Assembly: GCA_963771355.1 (NCBI GenBank)
Contig: CAVYTA010000001.1
Coordinates: 1 to 64,000, forward strand
Direction: 5' to 3'
Length of the DNA stretch: 64,000 bases
DNA from: an uncultured Candidatus Rokubacteria bacterium
GTDB taxonomy: Bacteria > Methylomirabilota > Methylomirabilia > Rokubacteriales > CSP1-6
Made by a program: the position numbers and the translations under genes. How positions within the stretch are numbered: position 1 is the first letter of the stretch; each line of letters begins with the position of its first letter. Below are positions 9,893 through 17,490 of this stretch, piece by piece. Under the pieces are notes generated by a model. It made no database searches. It was not told the DNA's origin and saw only the letters and a list, made by a program, of their open reading frames with translations.

Positions 9893-10165
9893 CCTGGGAG
9901 CCGGTGATGTGGGCGCGCTGGGCGCGGAGGTGCTCGCCGGTCTGGGCGCACCGGGCGACGGGCGCGAGAGGAGATAGCGCATGCGGAGAGATGCGGCGAG
10001 GTGGTTAAGGAGCTGAGCTTACAGTGTTGCGTATGGTGGGTGGTGACTTCTTCATGTGCGCAGGACGTGGAAGATATGGCCTGGCGCTGGTTTTCGCGGA
10101 TAAGGAGGGTCTGCGGTGGAAGTGGTGGGTGGCGGCAACAACCTCCTCGTGCGCGATGCGGGGTG
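9893..10165 (+). pseudogene. Degraded copy of murC 3' end and murB 5' end
   Basis: Deletion-rich version of 12332..12620, ending in a 23-nt G run (10165-10187). Confidence 0.75.
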
Positions 10166-10311
10166 GGGGGGGGGGGGGGGGGGGGGGAGCTTGGGATCCA
10201 GAATCCTAGGGACAGAGGGGAGCCGTCTCGACATCTCACGCCATTCTCTTGACACTGGGTTGCGCACGGTACCGAGCGCATGTGCACGCCTCCGACGATC
10301 TCTCCCCCTGA

Positions 10312-10848
10312 CCTACCTGAGGCGTCGTGCTGCCGTACATCACGCGTGACGAGGCCCAGCGCCCGTCGCTCTTCGGCCTGAGCCTGGAGGAGGCACTCGG
10401 CCCTGGGCTTGTCCTGACCAGCGAGGACCTGGATGCCGAGGTGCTCCTGAACCGGTTGCGTCGCCTGATTCCGGCCCAGGGGCGAGCACGGGGGCCGCTG
10501 GACGCGGATCAGGTCGATGAGATCCGGAGCGTGCTTCATCCGGAAGTCCGCATCGGGTGGGGCGCCACGAGCGATGAGATCGTCCGGGTGATGGACCGCG
10601 AGCAGGAACGTCTTGCGCGGACGTTAGGGGACGGCCACCGGTTGCTCCGGGGGGTTGCGGGAAGCGGGAAGACTATCGTCCTGGTCTGTCGGGTTCGATA
10701 TCTGCGGGCCCGGCATCCAGACTGGCGGGTTCTCGTGCTCTGCTTCAACCGCGTGCTGGCGGATGCCTTCCGGGCCGCCATTGCTGATGACCAAGTCGAG
10801 GTGTCGACCTTTCACGCCTGGTGCACCCGGCAGCTCAAAGCAGCCGGC
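10312..10848 (+). pseudogene. Internal fragment of UvrD-like SF1 helicase (copy 2)
   Basis: Same as 7896..8432 with 2 substitutions. Confidence 0.75.
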
Positions 10849-10902
10849 GCTGCAGGCGGGCTCCGGGCAGGTCGACCGCGGGGAATGCGGGCTCGGCTCG
10901 AA

Positions 10903-11910
10903 TCAGCGCCGACCCCGGTACTCCGAGGGCGTTGCGCCCGTCCACCGCCGGAAGGCGCGGTTGAAGGCGCTGACTTCCGAATAGCCGAGGAGACAGGCGA
11001 CCTCGGTAAGGGTGTGCTTGCGGTCTCGCAGATAGCTGAGGGAGAAGCGCCGGCGTGTATCGTCGACCAGGCGCTTGAAATCGAGCCCCTCCTCCCGCAG
11101 CCGTCGCTGCAGCGTGCGCCGGCTCATCGCCAGTTTCCGGGCAACCCGCAGGAGGTCCGGGGCGCCGTCCCGCAGTGATTCCCCGACCGCCCGTCGCACC
11201 GCGGCGAGGAGGCCGTCTTCGCGCGGCGCCTCCAGCAGCGCGCGCTCGAGATATCGCTTCAGGATCGGGTAGAGCCGCTCGTCGGCGGCCGGCACCGGCC
11301 GGTCAGCGAACTCCCGCTCGATGACGAACGCGTTCATGGCGGCGCCGAAGGCGACCGGGGCCGCGAACACCCGGACGTGCTCGGCCGGATCGCGCGGGGC
11401 GGGATGCGCGAACTGGACCTCAGCGGGGGCCCACTGGCTTCCCGCCATGAGGCGCAAGACGTTCCGCGCCACCGCCAGGCTGTACTCGTTGTGCTGGCGG
11501 AGCGCGGCAATGGAAGGGTCGGTGACCTCGTGTCGGAAGTACGCCCGCGCACCCTCGACAGCGAAGGACGTACGGGCTCCCTCGTTGTGAACGCTGAGAT
11601 AGCGGGCAATGTTCTCGAAGGCCGTCCCGAAGGTGGGCGAGTTCAGCGCCAGGTAGGTCACGGCGCCCACGTTCTTCGGGTTGTAGCGCTCGCCGAAGTG
11701 CAGCCCGAAGCACGCGTCGCCGGTTGCCTCCGCCGCCGCCTCGAGGAGGCGGGCGAAGGTCGCGCAGGCGATGACCCCGTGCGGGTCGCCGACGTCGCGC
11801 CGACGAAGCCCGAGGGAGCGCAGGACCTGATCGGGGTCGCCACCTTTCGCCGCGATTGCGTCGATCAGGCCAGTCGCCGCGGACAGAGAGATCGTCGGAG
11901 CCGTGCGCAT
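10903..11910 (-). CDS. AraC-family transcriptional regulator, copy 2 (intact, ~335 aa)
   Basis: Uninterrupted ORF from MRTAPTISL with C-terminal double HTH. Confidence 0.92.
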   Translation of the reverse strand: MRTAPTISLSAATGLIDAIAAKGGDPDQVLRSLGLRRRDVGDPHGVIACATFARLLEAAAEATGDACFGLHFGERYNPKNVGAVTYLALNSPTFGTAFENIARYLSVHNEGARTSFAVEGARAYFRHEVTDPSIAALRQHNEYSLAVARNVLRLMAGSQWAPAEVQFAHPAPRDPAEHVRVFAAPVAFGAAMNAFVIEREFADRPVPAADERLYPILKRYLERALLEAPREDGLLAAVRRAVGESLRDGAPDLLRVARKLAMSRRTLQRRLREEGLDFKRLVDDTRRRFSLSYLRDRKHTLTEVACLLGYSEVSAFNRAFRRWTGATPSEYRGRR

Positions 11911-12330
11911 GCGCTCTGTACCGTGCGTACCCAAGTGTCAAGAGAATGGCGCGAGATGTCAAGACAGCCCCGCTCGGTCCCTGGGATAGTGGTTCACAGT
12001 TTTCACAAACGCAGGAGGCAAGGAACGCCCCTAGGCGGCTGTCGCCTAGGGAAGACGATGTGAGTCTCGAGACGTGCCTGGTTGGCAGCATGTGGGCCAC
12101 TGCAGAATTCAAGCTACCGCTCGAGTTTGCCGCAGCCCCGAACAACCTGCCAAGAGAAGCTGCTCATGGACCGGTGCGCGTGGGACACGACTGCTTAGGC
12201 AGACTACCCGCGCGGGAACATCGAAGGCTGATCCGAACCGATTCGGGCGTCGCGTGCGGCCGTGGACATCCAGCAGAAGTCGATTGAGCTTCATGCAACG
12301 ATTGACCACTTGCTCTCAGACACTATGAGA

Positions 12331-12417
12331 ACCCTGGGAGCCGGTGATGTGGGCGCGCTGGGCGCGGAGGTGCTCGCCGGTCTGGGCGCACCGGGCGACC
12401 GGCGCGAGAGGAGATAA
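12331..12417 (+). pseudogene. murC: 3' remnant of murC
   Basis: TLGAGDVGALGAEVL matches the MurC C-terminal (L)TLGAGD(I/V) motif, immediately upstream of murB as in dcw clusters. Confidence 0.7.
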
Positions 12418-12420
12418 CGC

Positions 12421-13302
12421 ATGCTCGGAGAGATCCGCGGCGAGGTGCGTTTCAAGGAGCCCCTGAGCTTCCACACGTCCTTGCGCATCGGCGGGCCGGC
12501 CGACTTCTTCATCGTGCCGCAGGACGTGGAAGACATCCGCCTGGCGCTGGCCTTCGCGGACAAGGAGGGCCTGCCCGTGGAAGTGGTGGGCGGCGGCAAC
12601 AACCTCCTCGTCCGCGATCGCGGCATCCGCGGCGTGGTGCTGAAGCTCGAGGGCTGCCTGGGACGCGCCGAGTTCCACGGCGAGGAGGCGGTGGCGGGCG
12701 CGGGGGTGAGCCTGTCCGCCCTCATCCGCGAGGCGGCCGCGCTGAACCTGGGAGGGCTCGAGTGCCTGGTCGGCATCCCCGCCACCATCGGCGGCGCGGT
12801 GGCGATGAACGCGGGCACGCTGGACGGCGGCATCGGCGACTTCGTCTCGGCCGTCTACTTCCTCCACCCCGACGGCGCCCTCGGCGAGTACAAGCCCGGG
12901 GCGGGAGCCTACGGGTACCGTTCCTTCGCCGCGCCGCCCGGCGCGGTGCTCATCGGCGCGCGGCTGCGCCTGCAGCGGCGGCCCTACGCCGAGATCCAGC
13001 GCGACATCAAGCTGCGGCTCAAGCAGAAGAAGTCCACCCAGCCGCTGGCGCTGGCCTCGGTGGGCTGTGTATGGAAGAACCCGTCCGGCGAGACCGCCTC
13101 GAGGATGATCGAGAAGGTCGGGCTCAAGGGCAAGCGGCTCAACGGGGCCGAGATCTCGGCCAAGCACGCCAACTTCATCGTCAACCGAGGGGGCGCCATG
13201 GGCGCGGACATCATGGCCCTCATGGAGCTCACCCGCGAACGGGTGCGGAACCACTTCGGGATCCGGCTCGAGCCCGAGATCCGCGTGCTCGGCGAGGGGT
13301 AG
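12421..13302 (+). CDS. murB: UDP-N-acetylenolpyruvoylglucosamine reductase
   Basis: HTSLRIGGPAD, GGGNNLLV.D, GIPATIGGAVAMNAG, QP...SVGCVWKNP, SAKHANFIVN, LEPEI. Confidence 0.95.
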   Translation: MLGEIRGEVRFKEPLSFHTSLRIGGPADFFIVPQDVEDIRLALAFADKEGLPVEVVGGGNNLLVRDRGIRGVVLKLEGCLGRAEFHGEEAVAGAGVSLSALIREAAALNLGGLECLVGIPATIGGAVAMNAGTLDGGIGDFVSAVYFLHPDGALGEYKPGAGAYGYRSFAAPPGAVLIGARLRLQRRPYAEIQRDIKLRLKQKKSTQPLALASVGCVWKNPSGETASRMIEKVGLKGKRLNGAEISAKHANFIVNRGGAMGADIMALMELTRERVRNHFGIRLEPEIRVLGEG

Positions 13303-13313
13303 GAGCGCACGCC

Positions 13314-13712
13314 ATGGGCCGTCTCTCCGTGCTGTCGCCGCGCCGTCTCGACCGCGAGCTCGAGGACTGGGGCGGGCGCCGCGCGCTCGGTCGGGCATCA
13401 GCGCGTCGACCGCCGGCCGGCGCGTCGGTCCCGGCGCGGACGCGCCGCCTGGCCCCGGTGGGGCTTGGCCGGCCGGGTCGATGCTCGCGGCTGTCGGCGG
13501 CGGCGGGCACCCTGGGCGCGCCGCTGAGCTCGACCTCGCCGCGCTTCGCGGTGGCCGAGCGCTGGAGGTGCGGCGGCGCCAGCCGGCTCTGCCTTGCCGA
13601 GGAGATCATCGCCGCCTCCGGCATCCGAGCGCGGGCGTGAACCTCTGCGGCTCGATCCTGGCCGCGAGGTGGTAGCGCGGGTGGAGGCGCTGATCGCGGT
13701 GCGGCGCGCCGC
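13314..13712 (+). pseudogene. ftsQ: 5' fragment of ftsQ/divIB (frameshifted, truncated after POTRA region)
   Basis: Follows murB. Pieces SPRFAVAE..GASRL..EEIIAASGI..GVNL..LDP..VVARVEAL..VRRA resemble the FtsQ POTRA domain. Confidence 0.6.
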
Positions 13713-13721
13713 CACTGCGCG

Positions 13722-13807
13722 GAGCAGACCAGCAGGGCCAGGCACTGCGCGCGGGAGATGGCGACGTTCAGCCGGTTGCGCGAGAAGAAGAAGGTCAGGT
13801 TGCGGGG
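13722..13807 (-). repeat. 86-bp fragment homologous to the 3' end of the TM0106 gene (3392..3477)
   Basis: Direct repeat, 82/86 identical. Encodes PRNLTFFFSRNRLNVAISRAQCLALLVCS. Confidence 0.9.
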
Positions 13808-13827
13808 GCTTCTATCGCCCCAAGTGG

Positions 13828-14091
13828 CTACGACGCCTTACGCCTGACCTCGGCCTTCCGCAGGTCCCACGTCATCTGCAGGTTCATCCAGAGCTCCGGA
13901 GACGTTCCGAGCGCCTCCGCCAGATCGAGAGCGGAATCGGCGGTCACGCCCCGCTTGCCCCTCACCAGCTCGTTCAGCTTGGCCTTCGTCCAATCGAGCT
14001 TCTCCGCGAACTCGCGCTGGCTCATGCCTCTGGGCCGAAGGAACTCCTCGAGGAGCATTTCCCCAGGGTGGATTGGCTTGCGCGGCTTCAT
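13828..14091 (-). CDS. higA: HigA-family antitoxin
   Basis: PIHPGEMLLEEFL.P..MSQ...A...LNELVRGKRGVTADSAL.LA..LGTSPELWMNLQ..WDL. Confidence 0.93.
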   Translation of the reverse strand: MKPRKPIHPGEMLLEEFLRPRGMSQREFAEKLDWTKAKLNELVRGKRGVTADSALDLAEALGTSPELWMNLQMTWDLRKAEVRRKAS

Positions 14092-14103
14092 TTCGTTCCC
14101 TCC

Positions 14104-14115
14104 CTAGTGGTAGTC
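14104..14115 (-). pseudogene. Last codons (DYH*) of a deleted higB toxin
   Basis: GAC TAC CAC TAG 12 bp upstream of the higA start. DYH* is the typical HigB C-terminus. Confidence 0.6.
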
Positions 14116-14339
14116 TCATCGAATCCACGATCTGGATCAACACGGCCCACCCCGCATACCGCCGGGCGGTGGCGTCACGCTCGGAGGGCTATCACGTCGC
14201 GGTCACCGCGGCCCTGGCGCTGGCCCCGCTCGCCGTGGAGCCGGCTGCAGAGAGCGCTTTCGTCACCGCGTTCCTCGGTAGCTGGGGCGCCGCCCTCGAT
14301 CGGGCTGCCCGCCGCTCGCGGCGCTGTCCGCGCGGGTGA
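14115..14339 (+). pseudogene. 3' fragment of an unidentified gene
   Basis: Coding-like frame LIESTIWINTAHPAYRRAVASRSEGYH...AFVTAFLGSWG...* with no start, beginning exactly at the higB break. Confidence 0.5.
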
Positions 14340-14385
14340 GGGGAGGGGCGCCTCCGCGCTCAGCCGTCCCGACGCTTTCCGCCAC

Positions 14386-14433
14386 GTTCCTGGACATCGA
14401 GAGCGGGCAGGCGAGGTTCGGCGTGCGCTACAG
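14386..14433 (+). repeat. 48-bp fragment homologous to caspase gene 22288..22335
   Basis: 44/48 identical direct repeat. Confidence 0.8.
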
Positions 14434-14461
14434 GCAGGGGACTAGGTTGATCATCCGCCGC

Positions 14462-14499
14462 TTGACAGAATGTCCTAAATGAACGTAATGTACATTACG
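14462..14499 (+). promoter_or_regulatory. TA operon promoter (TTGACA) with perfect 16-bp palindromic operator CGTAATGTACATTACG
   Basis: TTGACA at 14462-14467. Palindrome 14484-14499 has the TGTACA core seen in YefM/Axe operators. Confidence 0.75.
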
Positions 14500-14551
14500 A
14501 CAGGTCCAGCTGGGTGGAAGCCGTGACGTAAGGCGGCGGGAGGCGTCACGG

Positions 14552-14806
14552 ATGGTCAGAATCGAGGCAACGAAAGCCCGGAGCGAGTTCTCGGAGCTCC
14601 TGAGCACGGTGAAGTACGGTTCAACCCGCGTGCTCATCGAGCGTCGGGGCAAGGATATGGCCGCGCTGGTCCCGGTCGAGGATCTCCGTCTGCTCGAGCT
14701 ACTCGAGGACGAGCTCGATCTCGAGGCCGCTCGAAAGGCTCTCTCGGACCCGAAGAACAAGGTGCGGTTGCCCCTGGCCGCCGTGAAGAAGCGCCTGGGG
14801 CTGTAA
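14552..14806 (+). CDS. Phd/YefM-family antitoxin
   Basis: ATKARSEFSELL..V......V.IERRGK..AALVPVEDL. Confidence 0.9.
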   Translation: MVRIEATKARSEFSELLSTVKYGSTRVLIERRGKDMAALVPVEDLRLLELLEDELDLEAARKALSDPKNKVRLPLAAVKKRLGL

Positions 14807-14815
14807 TCCTCCCGC

Positions 14816-15124
14816 GTGATGTACACGGTCGAGTTCCTCAAGACAGCCGCGGAGGAACTGGCGGGGCTGCCGAAGGACGCGCAGCGCCTGATCATGAAGC
14901 GGGTCGACGGGCTCCAGGCGGACCCCCGCCCGTCGGGTGTCGAGCAGCTGAAAGGCGCGGAGAAGTTCCTCCGGCTCCGCGTGGGGGACTATCGCGTCAT
15001 CTACTCGGTAGAGGCCAGGCAGATCGTGGTCCTCGTCGTCCGGATCGCCCACCGGAAGGCCGTGTACGAGAACCTGAAAGTGCTCGCCAGTCGGGTATCC
15101 GGCTGGAGGCAACGCAAGAAGTAG
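14816..15124 (+). CDS. relE: RelE/ParE-family toxin
   Basis: YTVEF...A..EL..LP.....I...VD.L..DPRPSG...LKG....RLRVGDYRVIY......VLVVRIAHRK.VY. Confidence 0.9.
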   Translation: MMYTVEFLKTAAEELAGLPKDAQRLIMKRVDGLQADPRPSGVEQLKGAEKFLRLRVGDYRVIYSVEARQIVVLVVRIAHRKAVYENLKVLASRVSGWRQRKK

Positions 15125-15235
15125 CAACCTCCGCCATTTCGCTTCGTATCTAGTGGATACAATGGGGCTCCGGCAGCGCATTTGCTACCGGTAGTCGACA
15201 ACCTCTTCATAATCAGCCGGACGGAGATCGTGCCG

Positions 15236-16405
15236 ATGCAGAAGTACAGCTTGCGCTACGCGGAACGGGCGCGCGGGGTGACGGACGCGGCCGGCGCCCA
15301 CGAGACGGACATCATCTCGTTCGGCTCCGGCGACGCCTATCCGGAGAGCTTGCCCGACCTGGGCGAGTTCGCGCGGGTGGCCGCCTCGCGCTTCCGCACG
15401 GAGACGCTGCAGTACGCGCCGCGCCCGGGCCTGCCGGAGCTGCGCGAGTGGATCGCCCGGTACCTCGCCGCCGATGGCGTGCGGGTCACGCCGGAGCAGG
15501 TGGCGGTCGTCAACGGCGCCAAGCATGGGCTCGATCTTGTGTGCAAGCTGTTCCTCGAGCCGGGGGACACGGTGGTCGTCACCACGCCGACCTACATGTC
15601 GGCGCTCGGGATTTTTCGCGGCTGGCAGGCGCAGTATCTGGAGATCGGCCAGGACGCGGACGGCATGCTGGTGGACGAGCTGGCGGAGCGGCTGGCCGCG
15701 CTGCAGCGCGCGGGCGGCGCCATGCCGAAGCTCGTGTACGACGTGCCGGAGTTCCACAACCCGACCGGCGTCACCCTCAGCGCGGCGCGGCGGCGCGCCC
15801 TCGTCGCCCTCGCCCATCGCTACGACCTGCTGATCGTCGAGGACGACCCGTACCGTCGCATCCGCTTCGAGGGAGAGCCCGTCGCGCCCATCGCCAGCCT
15901 GGATTCCGAGCGCGTGATCGGGCTGGGGACGTTCGCCAAGCTCGTGGCGCCGGGCCTGCGCATCGGCTGGGTGACGGCGCCGTCCGAGATCCTCGGCAAG
16001 ATGGCCGTGCTGAAGTCCGACGGGGGCACGTGCCCCCTCACGCAGCGGATCATCCTCGAGTATTGCCGCGCCGGGCGCCTGGAGCCGCGCATCGCGGAGG
16101 TGACCAAGGTCTACGCGGGCCATCGGGACGTCATGCTCGGCGCGCTCGCGCGGGATCTGCCGCAGGCGCAGTGGCGCGTGCCGCAGGGCGGGTATTACGT
16201 CTGGGTGCAGCTCCCCGACGGCGCGAGCGGCGACCGGCTCGCGGCGGCCGCCGAGCGGCGAGGGGTGAAGGTCCTGCCCGCCAGCCAGTTCTATGCCACC
16301 GCAGGCCCCGCGCACTCCGTGCGGATGGCGTTCAGCTACGCCTCCCCCGCCGAGATCATCGAGGGCGTGGGACGGCTGGGGGAGGCGTTCAAGGAAATCG
16401 CGTAG
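15236..16405 (+). CDS. PLP-dependent aminotransferase (class I/II)
   Basis: VPEFHNPTG, IVEDDPY, GTFAKLVAPGLRIGW. Confidence 0.9.
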   Translation: MQKYSLRYAERARGVTDAAGAHETDIISFGSGDAYPESLPDLGEFARVAASRFRTETLQYAPRPGLPELREWIARYLAADGVRVTPEQVAVVNGAKHGLDLVCKLFLEPGDTVVVTTPTYMSALGIFRGWQAQYLEIGQDADGMLVDELAERLAALQRAGGAMPKLVYDVPEFHNPTGVTLSAARRRALVALAHRYDLLIVEDDPYRRIRFEGEPVAPIASLDSERVIGLGTFAKLVAPGLRIGWVTAPSEILGKMAVLKSDGGTCPLTQRIILEYCRAGRLEPRIAEVTKVYAGHRDVMLGALARDLPQAQWRVPQGGYYVWVQLPDGASGDRLAAAAERRGVKVLPASQFYATAGPAHSVRMAFSYASPAEIIEGVGRLGEAFKEIA

Positions 16406-16425
16406 TCGCCATGGATATACGCGGG

Positions 16426-16456
16426 CGCGGGGAGTCCGGCAGACGGACCCCCCGCG
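16426..16456. terminator. GC-rich hairpin between convergent genes
   Basis: cgcgggg-a-gtccg / cggac-c-ccccgcg stem. Confidence 0.45.
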
Positions 16457-16495
16457 GACCCCGCGCATCCGAATCGTGATCCAGTAGGCTTCCGA

Positions 16496-17314
16496 TCAGG
16501 ACGGAATCGCGATCCTCCGGCGCACCACGATGTTGTTGCTGACCGGGGCCGCCCCCGGGAGCCTGGCGATCATCTCCTCCGCGCGCTGCCGCAGCTCGTC
16601 GTGCTCGACCACTCCGCTGAGCGTGATCTGGCCCTGGTCGTACGTCACCCGGATATCCAGCGGGCGGGTCTCGGGGTCTGCCAGCAAGGCGGCGCGGCAC
16701 TGGGTGACCAGGTTGAGCTTGCGGATCTCGGTCATGGCCTCCTCGGTCGACTGGTAGCGCGCGTTCTGGAGCGCCCGGTCGATGAGGGCGGCCCCCTCGG
16801 GCACCGTCAGGCGGTCGGTGTTGATGACGAGGTCGTAGAGGAGCGGATCGTTCCAGTCCACGTGGTAGAGGTACCGGACGCGCGCGCCGAACTCGTTGTC
16901 GCTCTGGTGAACCAGTCCCTCCGCCGCCTCGGGGACGAGACCGTGCTGCTCGACCATCCGGGTCGCCCGCACCCGCTCCGGCGCCGTGATGCGCACCCGG
17001 AGGACATGCCGCGTTGTGCCGAGGAGGAACGCCGCACCCCGGCCGGCCAGCACGACGTTGTCGCGCGCGGCCATCTCGAGCACGATCGCCTCGACATAGG
17101 TCATGTAGCGGCGGCTCGTGTCGACGAAGCGCTCCCACAGCGTCGGCTTCTCCTCGGTGGCGTGGGCGAGCTCCATCACCCCTTCGCCGAACCGGGCCGA
17201 CGCCTTCTCGATGATCTCGCGATCCGCGAACTCGTAGCCGCGCGCTCGCGCGACCTCGCGTCCGATCTCGTCGCCGAGGCTGCCGAGGGTTGGGGAAATA
17301 GCCACGATGCTCAT
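16496..17314 (-). CDS. Cytidylate kinase-like family protein with C-terminal BON domain
   Basis: VAIS..LGSLGDEI, VVLAGRGA, DP..YDLVINT; C-terminal I.V....G.ITLSG.V......RAEE......G...V.NNI.V. Confidence 0.85.
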   Translation of the reverse strand: MSIVAISPTLGSLGDEIGREVARARGYEFADREIIEKASARFGEGVMELAHATEEKPTLWERFVDTSRRYMTYVEAIVLEMAARDNVVLAGRGAAFLLGTTRHVLRVRITAPERVRATRMVEQHGLVPEAAEGLVHQSDNEFGARVRYLYHVDWNDPLLYDLVINTDRLTVPEGAALIDRALQNARYQSTEEAMTEIRKLNLVTQCRAALLADPETRPLDIRVTYDQGQITLSGVVEHDELRQRAEEMIARLPGAAPVSNNIVVRRRIAIPS

Positions 17315-17412
17315 GATTCACCTCCGCGTGTGGGCGTGGCCTGCTGATCGCTCGGTGAGAGCCGCCGGAAGTCGGGGAGGAAGGTAGTGGCCCCGCATGG
17401 CGCTTCCTTGCG

Positions 17413-17427
17413 GCAAGCATCGCGCCG
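17413..17427 (-). promoter_or_regulatory. Putative sigma-54 (-24/-12) promoter
   Basis: Minus strand CGGCGCGATGCTTGC vs consensus TGGCACG-N4-TTGC, ~100 bp upstream of the BON-domain gene. Confidence 0.5.
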
Positions 17428-17490
17428 CCTGCCGGCCACCGCAATAGCCGGGCGACGCGGGGCGTCAGGAGCCGGTCGAGGAGGGCGCGA

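Larger units (their letters stand above)
7771..10165. repeat. Copy 1 of ~2.4-kb tandem duplication (3' ~350 bp heavily degraded)
   Basis: Matches 10187..~12620 at offset 2416-2417. Confidence 0.9.
10187..12620. repeat. Copy 2 of ~2.4-kb tandem duplication
   Basis: Matches 7771..10165. Confidence 0.9.

Noticed and set aside
10165..10187. Poly-G tract as a phase-variation or G-quadruplex element
   Set aside because: It sits at the duplication seam amid degraded sequence and is more likely a base-calling or assembly artefact.
3392..13807. TM0106 3' repeat as a DGR template/variable repeat pair or as prophage attL/attR
   Set aside because: Differences are not adenine-specific and there is no reverse transcriptase. 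No integrase or phage genes lie between the repeats.
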